DNA from: an uncultured Oscillospiraceae bacterium
GTDB lineage: Bacteria > Bacillota > Clostridia > Christensenellales > CAG-314
Reading direction: 5' to 3'
DNA length: 64,000 nt
NCBI GenBank assembly: GCA_964533825.1
Contig: CAZHMU010000009.1
Location: 1,168-65,167 of the forward strand
Shown in pieces: positions 52,863 to 60,933 of the stretch. The translations under genes and the position numbers were made by a program. Under the pieces are notes generated by a model. That model was not told the DNA's origin and searched no databases. It worked only from the letters and a program-made list of their open reading frames with translations. Every line of letters starts with the position of its first letter. The first letter of the stretch is position 1.

Positions 52863-55343
52863 ATGAAAAATTCACGCACACTAAAATCTATCTTTGCAAT
52901 AGTTATGCTTGTTGTCACACTTTTTACCTTTGGTGGCTGTGACATCATCATGGACTATCTTGGTATCAAAAATGAACTTACTATCACTGCGACCTACGTT
53001 GGTGACCCAATCGAAGTTGGTGGCACTCTCGACAAAAATGATATTGTTGTAGAAGCCACCTTTGTGGAAGGCATCGCTGGCACAGAAAACGTGTATCTCG
53101 TTACTAACTTTACAGTCAGTTCACTGGATACATCCACTGAAGGCGACAAAACTGTGCAAGTAACCTACACCGAAATGGGCATCGCTGCAAGTTGCCAGTT
53201 GACAATTTCCGTTGTCAAAAAAGCAGTTCCCGTAAGCATTTATGCAACCTACAATGGTGGTGACGTTGCCATTGGCGGAGCTGTCAACCAAAGCGACTTT
53301 TCCGTACTGGTGGTCTACGACGACAACACAACCAAAGTTGCCGACAGCTTTACTATCAGCAAAATTGACACAACGACCGCTGGCGACAAGATTGTCACAG
53401 TGACTTACATATATCTTGACGGCGCAGCCACAAAAACATTGCAAACAACAGTAAAAGTCACCGTTGTAGCAACGTTTGTACGCATCAGTGCAAGCTTTGT
53501 TGGCGAGCCACTTCAAGTGGGCGACACTCTAACAAAGGACAATTTGTTGGTGCAAGAACTCTACGATGACGGCACCAAAATTACAGTGGATAACTTTACT
53601 TTCGGCCAAGTGGATACGTCCACCGTAGGCACAAAACAAGTAACAATTTCCTACGACAAAAATGGCACAACATACAATGCAACAATCAACGTTACGGTGG
53701 TGGAAGTGCCAGTAACGCTCACAAGCATTTCCGCAACCTTTACCAATAGTAATTTCTATGTTGGTCAAACTCTCAGTCTTGCTGACTTTGTTGTTGTAGC
53801 ATCTTTTTCCGATCAGCACGACACAATCGTTACCGACTTTACAATTACAGGTACAACCACCTTTGCCACAAGCGGTAGCCACACAGTACAACTGTCCTAC
53901 ACACACGAAGGCGTAACCAAAACTTGCAACGTTACTGTAAACGTTTTGGCGTTGCCTTTAACCCTTGACAGTATCACTGCCACCGCAAGCAAAAGTGAGT
54001 TTTACGTTGGCAACACATTGCAACTGACAGATTTTGTTGTAACAGCACACTTCATCGACGGTAACTCATTGGCAGTAAGTGACTTTGCAATCGTTTCCCC
54101 AACTGGTGCACTGGAGTCAACGGGCGACGTGGAAGTTGAACTTTCTTACACCTTCAACAGTCAAACACGCTATGCAACGCTTTACATCACAGTTTTGGCA
54201 GTGGAAGAAGAAGTTGCCAACTACGGCAAGTACGGTATCTTGTCTGAGGATGGCAAGAGCGTTAAGGTTGTAGATACAGCAAAAGTTGTGGACACAACGG
54301 ATTTGCAAATCCACTTTCTTGAGCTTGGTAACCAATACACAGGCGATTGCATCTACATCAAGGCTGGCGACACCGACATTTTGATTGATGCTGGGTCAAG
54401 GTATGATAGTACTAACGCTATTGATAATTATATCAAACAATATATCACAGATGGCACATTAGAGTATGTAATCGCAACTCACGCAGACCAAGACCATATT
54501 TCTGGATTTGTTAGCGATTCTAAAAATAGTAACAAAGGTATATTTAAGAGATATGTTTGTGAAAACATTATAGACTTTCCACGTTCTAATAAATCAACAA
54601 ATGTGGCAACAAACTACAAGTCTGAACGTGATGCAGAGGTAGCCTTGGGGGCAAATCACTACACAGCACTCGAATGTTGGAACAACAACAATGAGTCCAC
54701 AAGATTTAGCCAATCGGTAGACGCAACAGGCGCGCGCAGATACATCAAACTTTCTTCCAATGTGGAAATGGAAATTTTGTACAACTATTACTACGAAAAC
54801 AAAACTTCCGACGAAAACGACTACTCCGTTTGTTTGATGATCAACCAATATGGCGCAAACTACGACTTTGCAAACGTCAACAACCCCGACAACGCAAAGA
54901 ACGTAAACCATTTCTTGTTTACTGGTGACTTGGAAGAGTCCGGCGAAGGCTATCTTGTACAATACAACGACCTACCTGAAGTGGTGCTTTTCAAGGGTGG
55001 TCACCACGGTAGTAAAACATCAACAACCGATATATTACTTAATGTAATTAAGCCAAAGGTTGTATGTATATGTTGTTGCACAGGTACTGGCGAATACAAC
55101 GCCAACCCCGAAAATACTTTCCCTGCCCAATCAATGATAAATCGTGTTGCGCCTTACACCGATCTGGTATTTGCGACATCTTTGTGGGTAAATAGCAGTA
55201 CTGTTGCATTGCCTCTCAACGGAAACATCACACTTACTTGTAACAATTTGGGCATTAACATCACAGCATCCAACAATGTGACTTTGCTCAAAGATACCGA
55301 GTGGTTCAAGGCTAACCGCACCTGCCCAACAGAGTGGCAATAG
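52863..55343 (+). CDS. Surface lipoprotein: five tandem Ig-like repeats + C-terminal ComEC-type metallo-beta-lactamase-fold domain
   Basis: Signal MKNSRTLKSIFAIVMLVVTLFTFGGC. About five repeats of ~85-90 aa (I[ST]A[TS][FY]..........L...D..V.......T..V..F......T...G...V...Y). MBL motifs LQIHFLELGNQYTGDCIYI, ATHADQDHISGF, FTGDLE, KGGHHGSKTS. Confidence 0.75.
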   Translation: MKNSRTLKSIFAIVMLVVTLFTFGGCDIIMDYLGIKNELTITATYVGDPIEVGGTLDKNDIVVEATFVEGIAGTENVYLVTNFTVSSLDTSTEGDKTVQVTYTEMGIAASCQLTISVVKKAVPVSIYATYNGGDVAIGGAVNQSDFSVLVVYDDNTTKVADSFTISKIDTTTAGDKIVTVTYIYLDGAATKTLQTTVKVTVVATFVRISASFVGEPLQVGDTLTKDNLLVQELYDDGTKITVDNFTFGQVDTSTVGTKQVTISYDKNGTTYNATINVTVVEVPVTLTSISATFTNSNFYVGQTLSLADFVVVASFSDQHDTIVTDFTITGTTTFATSGSHTVQLSYTHEGVTKTCNVTVNVLALPLTLDSITATASKSEFYVGNTLQLTDFVVTAHFIDGNSLAVSDFAIVSPTGALESTGDVEVELSYTFNSQTRYATLYITVLAVEEEVANYGKYGILSEDGKSVKVVDTAKVVDTTDLQIHFLELGNQYTGDCIYIKAGDTDILIDAGSRYDSTNAIDNYIKQYITDGTLEYVIATHADQDHISGFVSDSKNSNKGIFKRYVCENIIDFPRSNKSTNVATNYKSERDAEVALGANHYTALECWNNNNESTRFSQSVDATGARRYIKLSSNVEMEILYNYYYENKTSDENDYSVCLMINQYGANYDFANVNNPDNAKNVNHFLFTGDLEESGEGYLVQYNDLPEVVLFKGGHHGSKTSTTDILLNVIKPKVVCICCCTGTGEYNANPENTFPAQSMINRVAPYTDLVFATSLWVNSSTVALPLNGNITLTCNNLGINITASNNVTLLKDTEWFKANRTCPTEWQ

Positions 55344-55355
55344 GACATAAACACA

Positions 55356-56444
55356 ATGATAACTTTCAACTTTGACGGAACGTCCCATGGCGTTGGATAC
55401 CACGGCACAATTTGTGGCATCCCCAAGGGCGTTTGCGTCAACATCAACAACATCAATAGTGCCCTTGCCACACGCAAAAGCGGTTTTGGTCGCAGTTCTC
55501 GCCAAGTATTCACCGACAAAGTAGTGTTCACTGGTCACGAGATGGAAAACCAGTTTTTTACCGATGGGGGCGATTTGCAATTTTTTGTTGCAAACACTTC
55601 GGTAGAAACTCGACCAAACATCACTGCTGTGCGTACAGGTCATGCCGACTTGGTGGGCACAATTCGCCATCCCAATTTGACCGCACGCGACATTGCAGAA
55701 GTTGCATCTGCTCGCAGTTCCCTTTGCTATGTTGTTTTGGGGTGCATTTGCGAGCAAATTCTCAAAGACTGGAGTATTTGTACCAACTACTACGTTGAGC
55801 AAATTGGTAGCGTAACTGCAAAAACGCAGTACCCCAAGTGGCACGCGTTGCACCCAGGTGAGTTGGACGACGAGTCCTTCCCTTGTGGTGACAGAACTGC
55901 CAAACAGCAAATGCTCCAACAAATTGACATTGCCAAACAAAAGGGCGACAGCCTTGGCGGAATGGTGTGCGTGGTTGCAAAGGTTCCCGCTGGCATTGGC
56001 GAAATCTTCCCCTACGACAAACACCTTGATGCGCAACTGGCATCACATCTTGTGGGTATTCCGTCCGTCAAGGGAGTTTCCTTTGGTGTGGGCTGTGAGT
56101 TTGCAAGCTCCACTGGCACAACGTGTCACGACGATTTGCAAGTGGACAAAGACGGCACAATCTCCTACAAAACCAACTATTGTGGTGGCATTGTTGGCGG
56201 TGTAACTACTGGTCAAAATATAGTTATTAACTTGATTGTAAAGCCCATCCCAACAGTCAAGGGTGTTACCACCATCGACACAGTCACAAAGCAACCAGTT
56301 GCGCAACACTATGAGCGTGCAGATACCTGCATTGTACCCAACGTAGGATTTGTAGCAACACACATTGTCAACTACGTTTTGGCAAACCAAATACTCAAAC
56401 AATTTGAGCAAAACCCCAATCAACTACCCAAAAAGGCCAAATAA
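55356..56444 (+). CDS. aroC: Chorismate synthase
   Basis: Divergent N-terminus (GTSHG), RTGHADL, GDSLGGMVCVVAKVPAGIGE, SVKGVSFGVG, GGIVGGVTTG, KPIPTV. Confidence 0.8.
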   Translation: MITFNFDGTSHGVGYHGTICGIPKGVCVNINNINSALATRKSGFGRSSRQVFTDKVVFTGHEMENQFFTDGGDLQFFVANTSVETRPNITAVRTGHADLVGTIRHPNLTARDIAEVASARSSLCYVVLGCICEQILKDWSICTNYYVEQIGSVTAKTQYPKWHALHPGELDDESFPCGDRTAKQQMLQQIDIAKQKGDSLGGMVCVVAKVPAGIGEIFPYDKHLDAQLASHLVGIPSVKGVSFGVGCEFASSTGTTCHDDLQVDKDGTISYKTNYCGGIVGGVTTGQNIVINLIVKPIPTVKGVTTIDTVTKQPVAQHYERADTCIVPNVGFVATHIVNYVLANQILKQFEQNPNQLPKKAK

Positions 56445-56446
56445 CA

Positions 56447-57367
56447 ATGGATTTTAGAAAATTCGATTTACAAGATTTCAAAGACTGTCTTATTGTCACC
56501 GATGGCAAATTGCAAGAGCTGTACAATATCCGTGGCGACAACGTGTTTATCATCCCACGTGGCGAAGATGCAAAAAACTTTGGCACAGTACAAGAACTGT
56601 GCAGTTGGTTTTTACAAAAAAATCTCAAACGCAACCAAACTGTCGTTGCCATTGGCGGTGGCAGTGTGGGCGATACTGTCGGCTTTGCTTGCTCCATTTT
56701 TAAGCGTGGAGTGGGTCTTTTGCACGTGCCTACAACCTTGCTTGCCATGGTAGACTCCTGTGTGGGTGGCAAAACTGCAATCGACCACGATGGCATCAAA
56801 AACGCCGTTGGGTCCTTTTACCCAGCCGAAGCATTGGTTGACCCAGAGTTTTTGAACACGTTGGATGACGAGCAAATGACAAACGGCATGGGAGAAATCT
56901 TGAAGTACCGTATGCTAACAATTCAAGTGGACGATGCCTACAACGAGTGCGATTTGCTGGATGTCATCCGTAGCTGTTACCACTACAAACTGGCCGTTTG
57001 CGAACTGGACCCATTTGACGAAGGTATCCGTCGCCAGCTCAACTTTGGACACACAATCGGCCACGCAATGGAGCTTGCCCTTGGCATCCCACATGGCGTT
57101 GCCGTGTTGAATGGCATCTACTACGAAACATTGCTTGCCCACAAGCTTGGCCTTTGCGATCAAGATTACTGCCAAAAGTGGCAAAAGGAAGTACTCAAAC
57201 TTGTTAGCAATATTTCTCCTTTAACAAGCGCAATGTTAGACCTTACCCTGCAAGACAAAAAGAACGACGACGAACTTGTTGCATTTGTTTTGCCACGCAA
57301 GTTCTACGAACAGGTCAAACTTCCCCTTGACCAAGTAAAACGCTTGCTTTTGGACGAAAATAAATAA
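56447..57367 (+). CDS. aroB: 3-dehydroquinate synthase
   Basis: IGGGSVGDTVGFACSIFKRGVGLLHVPTTLLAMVDSCVGGKTAID, LNFGHTIGHAME. Confidence 0.85.
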   Translation: MDFRKFDLQDFKDCLIVTDGKLQELYNIRGDNVFIIPRGEDAKNFGTVQELCSWFLQKNLKRNQTVVAIGGGSVGDTVGFACSIFKRGVGLLHVPTTLLAMVDSCVGGKTAIDHDGIKNAVGSFYPAEALVDPEFLNTLDDEQMTNGMGEILKYRMLTIQVDDAYNECDLLDVIRSCYHYKLAVCELDPFDEGIRRQLNFGHTIGHAMELALGIPHGVAVLNGIYYETLLAHKLGLCDQDYCQKWQKEVLKLVSNISPLTSAMLDLTLQDKKNDDELVAFVLPRKFYEQVKLPLDQVKRLLLDENK

Positions 57368-57396
57368 AAACAACACACCCAAGGTCAACACCGCCT

Positions 57397-59373
57397 ATGC
57401 TAAACTTCAACTCACAATTTAATATAGATAGTTCCGTTTGCTATGGCGACAAATCGTTGACGCACCGCGCGCTGATTATTTCAGCAATCGCAAGTGGGCC
57501 AAGCAAAATAGGCAACATTTCACTGTGCGACGACGTGCTTGCAACAGTCGATTGCTTGCGCACTTTGGGCGCGCAAATTGCCATCGACGGCACCACAGCC
57601 ACAGTCACACCTATTGTCAAACCTAACAACAACGTTGTCTTGAACTGTCAAAACAGTGGCACAACGGCAAGATTGCTTGCTGGTGTTGTGTGCGGACTTG
57701 GCATCACTGCAACCTTTGTTGGCGACACAAGTTTGACATCTCGCCCGATGAAAAGGCTGATTGAACCACTAACACAGCTTGGCGCGCGCTTTACACAAAA
57801 TGATGGCGAGCTATTTACCATCCACCCATCAAAACTTGTCGGTAAGGTGCTACACGCACAGGTAAACTCTGCACAAGTCAAAAGCGCAGTTTTGCTCGCA
57901 GGCCTGTTTGCAGATGGTACAACGCAGTACGTAGAAACCATCCCTACACGCACTCATACGGAAAATATGCTTGCACACTGTGGCATTGACACAACCAACT
58001 GCGCAGTTACAAAGAGCATCCCCAAACCCCTTGACGTGACGTTGCCCAACGACATCTCTTCTGCAAGTTTTCTTGTGGCGTTGGCATTGCTCACAAACAA
58101 GCCTTTGAAACTACCCAATGTTTGCATAAATGACGGCCGAATTGGCTTTTTGACAGTGCTACAACGCGCTGGTGCGCAAATTTTTGCAGAAAACACTCGC
58201 ATTGTTGCTGGCGAAAAGGTTGCGGATATCCGCGTTGAACCCAGCACCCTTGCACAACTTACAGCAACTGCTGTGGACGTAGTAAACGCCATTGATGAAA
58301 TTCCCATTTTGGCAGTTTTGGCGCTTGCAACCAAGGGCACGCACACATTTGAAAGTGTTACCGAACTGCAACACAAGGAGTGCAACCGCATACAAGCCAT
58401 CATCGATATGGCACGTATTTGCGGACAAACAGCCACATTTGATGGCACAAATCTAACAATAGTATCCAACGGAGTTTTGCCTACAAAGGCGCACTTCCAC
58501 AGCTTTGACGACCACCGCATGGCAATGTGTGCAGCCGTAGTCGCTCTTGCAAGTGGCGGTGGCAGTGTGGACAGCTTCCCAGTGGATGTATCCTTCCCCA
58601 ACTTTTTGCAAGCAGTGGGCGTTACCCCAAAAAAGTTTTGCGTTATTGGTAGCAACGTTTCTCAAAGTATGTCCCCAATTTTGCATACATCCTTGGCTCA
58701 AAATGCCAACGTTTGTTGCAGTTACGATGCAGTAAGCATACCAACAGACGCAACCGACCAACAACTGCTCGACACACTTGCCCTTTATGACGGCGCAAAC
58801 ATCACGTTGCCTTTCAAAAACCGCGTAGCAACTTTGCTTGGCGCAAGCGAGCCATCCATCAATACCGTAGGCAAAAACATTGCTCCACGGTCTACCGATG
58901 GCTACGGGGTACAAATGGCACTGTTGCAAAATGGCATCGACATCACAAACAAGTCACTTTGGATAGTAGGCGCAGGTGGTGGTGCAGAGGCAACAATTCG
59001 CCAGCTCAACGGCAAGTGCAAAATGCAAGTTATCAACCGCACAGCCCAAAAGGCGCAAGCACTGACACAAAAATATCACCTTGCAACGGACATAACAGAG
59101 CCATTCGGTATATTGACGTTTGTTCCCGAGTGCGATTTTGAGCAAAGTTTGCAACTTCCACTAAGTTGTCAGTTTGTGTTTGTTTCCGCCTACAATGGCG
59201 CAAGCGGACTGCGTACCCAGGCGCAAAAACGTGGTATCACAGTGGTGGACGGACTACAAATGCTCTACCATCAAGGTGCAAAAGCTTTTGCATTGTGGAC
59301 AAACACTCCAGTTCAAAACAATTATCAAGATTTTGTACAATTCCTAAGGAAAAACGACCATCTCAAAAGATAG
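57397..59373 (+). CDS. aroA: Fusion protein: 3-phosphoshikimate 1-carboxyvinyltransferase (EPSP synthase) + shikimate dehydrogenase
   Basis: The N-terminal ~420 aa are EPSPS (GDKSLTHRALI, NSGTTARLLAG, LTSRPM, DDHRMAM). The C-terminal ~235 aa are AroE-like (VIGSNVSQSMSPILH, VGAGGGAEA). Confidence 0.8.
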   Translation: MLNFNSQFNIDSSVCYGDKSLTHRALIISAIASGPSKIGNISLCDDVLATVDCLRTLGAQIAIDGTTATVTPIVKPNNNVVLNCQNSGTTARLLAGVVCGLGITATFVGDTSLTSRPMKRLIEPLTQLGARFTQNDGELFTIHPSKLVGKVLHAQVNSAQVKSAVLLAGLFADGTTQYVETIPTRTHTENMLAHCGIDTTNCAVTKSIPKPLDVTLPNDISSASFLVALALLTNKPLKLPNVCINDGRIGFLTVLQRAGAQIFAENTRIVAGEKVADIRVEPSTLAQLTATAVDVVNAIDEIPILAVLALATKGTHTFESVTELQHKECNRIQAIIDMARICGQTATFDGTNLTIVSNGVLPTKAHFHSFDDHRMAMCAAVVALASGGGSVDSFPVDVSFPNFLQAVGVTPKKFCVIGSNVSQSMSPILHTSLAQNANVCCSYDAVSIPTDATDQQLLDTLALYDGANITLPFKNRVATLLGASEPSINTVGKNIAPRSTDGYGVQMALLQNGIDITNKSLWIVGAGGGAEATIRQLNGKCKMQVINRTAQKAQALTQKYHLATDITEPFGILTFVPECDFEQSLQLPLSCQFVFVSAYNGASGLRTQAQKRGITVVDGLQMLYHQGAKAFALWTNTPVQNNYQDFVQFLRKNDHLKR

Positions 59374-59450
59374 TCGCTCATCTAAAAAAAACAGTGGCCT
59401 AACTGCAAAAACGCAATTAGGCACAAATAAGCACTGAAAAGGTAATTCAA

Positions 59451-59903
59451 ATGAAAATTCTACTACTTAACGGCGTAAATATGAATATGCTCGGCAAACG
59501 CGACCACAGTTTGTACGGTGCAGACACTCTCCCCATGTTGGAGAAAAAAGTGCAAGACTTTGCCAAAACTCTTGGGGCAGAAGTGGTTTGCGCGCAAAGC
59601 AACATCGAAGGCGAACTTGTCAACATCTTGCAACAAACGGACTGTGATGCCGTTGTATTCAACGCTGGCGCGTATGCTCACTACAGCTACGCCCTGCGTG
59701 ATTGTATCGAGTGCATTGGTATCCCCGTTGCAGAGGTTCACATGAGCAACATCTATGCGCGTGAGTCTTTCCGCCACACCGATGTTTTGGCTGGTGTGTG
59801 CGTTGTAAACTTTGTTGGCAAGGGTATTCAAAGTTACTTTGATGCGGTAGATTTTCTCGTAAAAAACAACGGAACACTTAACCTTCTATTCGAAAAATTT
59901 TAG
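59451..59903 (+). CDS. aroQ: Type II 3-dehydroquinate dehydratase
   Basis: MKILLLNGVNMNMLGKRD...YG, QSNIEGELV, NAGAYAHYSYALRD, EVHMSNI. Confidence 0.9.
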   Translation: MKILLLNGVNMNMLGKRDHSLYGADTLPMLEKKVQDFAKTLGAEVVCAQSNIEGELVNILQQTDCDAVVFNAGAYAHYSYALRDCIECIGIPVAEVHMSNIYARESFRHTDVLAGVCVVNFVGKGIQSYFDAVDFLVKNNGTLNLLFEKF

Positions 59904-60071
59904 TCCACCAACATTTAGCCCATCAACATTGAGTAAATCAAATATCACACACGTACAATTTGTAAGAGTGGTGTTGATCGTCGCACAGCAAAGTGCACAA
60001 AAATCTCTGCCTTGTATTTTACGGACGCAAACAAAGGCGGTCAACTATTACAAATCAGCAAATCAATCGCT

Positions 60072-60569
60072 ATGAAACTTGTTATCATTGGTTTTGCAAC
60101 CAGCTACAAAAGCACCGTTGCAAAACACCTTTCTCAAAAACTAAATTTACCTTTGTTTGACGTGGACAAGCTTGCGGAGAGCAAATCTGGTATGACAGTT
60201 AGTCAAATTTTTGCCACGCAAGGGGAGCAGGCCTTTCGCCAAATTGAAAGTGAAGTGTTGAGAGACCTTGCCTTAAAGTCTGCAGGTATTGTATCTTGTG
60301 GCGGTGGCAGTGTGCTGTCTCACGCTTTTCCACAACTTGCTCAAAACGCAACAGTGGTGTGGCTACAAGTAGACGGCAAGACGGCTCATGCAAGGCTCAA
60401 TGGTCACACTCGCCCCTTGTTCGACAAGTTGAGTGTAAGTGAGCTTACCGCCAAAATTGACGAGCGCAACCCCCACTACGCCAAGTATGCAACACTCACA
60501 CTTGACACAAGCAGAAAAACGTCCAAGCAAGTGATTGACCAGCTGTGCGACCTTTTGCACATCAAGTAG
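60072..60569 (+). CDS. aroK: Shikimate kinase with a non-canonical P-loop
   Basis: IIGFATSYKSTVAK replaces the usual GFMGSGKST. The other AroK motifs are kept (FDVD, SQIF...GEQAFRQIE, SCGGGSV). No clear RBS, so the start is uncertain. Confidence 0.65.
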   Translation: MKLVIIGFATSYKSTVAKHLSQKLNLPLFDVDKLAESKSGMTVSQIFATQGEQAFRQIESEVLRDLALKSAGIVSCGGGSVLSHAFPQLAQNATVVWLQVDGKTAHARLNGHTRPLFDKLSVSELTAKIDERNPHYAKYATLTLDTSRKTSKQVIDQLCDLLHIK

Positions 60570-60628
60570 AGATACATATCAAATCCAATTATCAAATATA
60601 TAGTCTAATTAGCGCCTTACAACAATTA

Positions 60629-60669
60629 AAAGAGAGAACAAATCGTAAAACTGAAATGTTCTCTCTTTT
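60629..60669 (+). terminator. Terminator after the aro operon
   Basis: 12-bp stem AAGAGAGAACA/TGTTCTCTCTT with a trailing TTTT. Confidence 0.7.
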
Positions 60670-60674
60670 GTATT

Positions 60675-60845
60675 ATTCAAATGAAATCGTGGATATGCCA
60701 AGGCGAAATATTCATTTCACCCAGATGAAATCCAAGGCTCAACCTTTGATGAAATCAAATACGCCTAATCTCACCCCTGCTAAGCAGGATTTAATCGCGA
60801 AAGAAATTTTGTGAACCAAACGTGGATTTCGTCCGCCCAAGACAA
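60675..60845. repeat. Cluster of GAAATC/GATTTC-type short repeats
   Basis: ATGAAATC occurs at 60681, 60725 and 60749. Inverted GGATTT(C) units occur at about 60788 and 60825. A GAAAT-ATTC-ATTTC palindrome sits near 60706-60719. Confidence 0.6.
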
Positions 60846-60850
60846 ATGAA

Positions 60851-60889
60851 AATGCGTGATGCTCTGCAAAGAGTATCACGCATTTTTTT
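60851..60889. terminator. Bidirectional terminator (serves the 847-aa gene on the minus strand)
   Basis: Stem AATGCGTGAT/ATCACGCATT with an A-run and T7. Confidence 0.75.
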
Positions 60890-60933
60890 AGGGTTTGTTT
60901 TCAAGTATTTGGTTAAGTTACTTACTACTCAAA

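Noticed and set aside
60545-60814. An 89-aa ORF downstream of aroK.
   Set aside because: It overlaps the aroK stop, reads through the operon terminator hairpin and the ATGAAATC repeat cluster, and has no SD.
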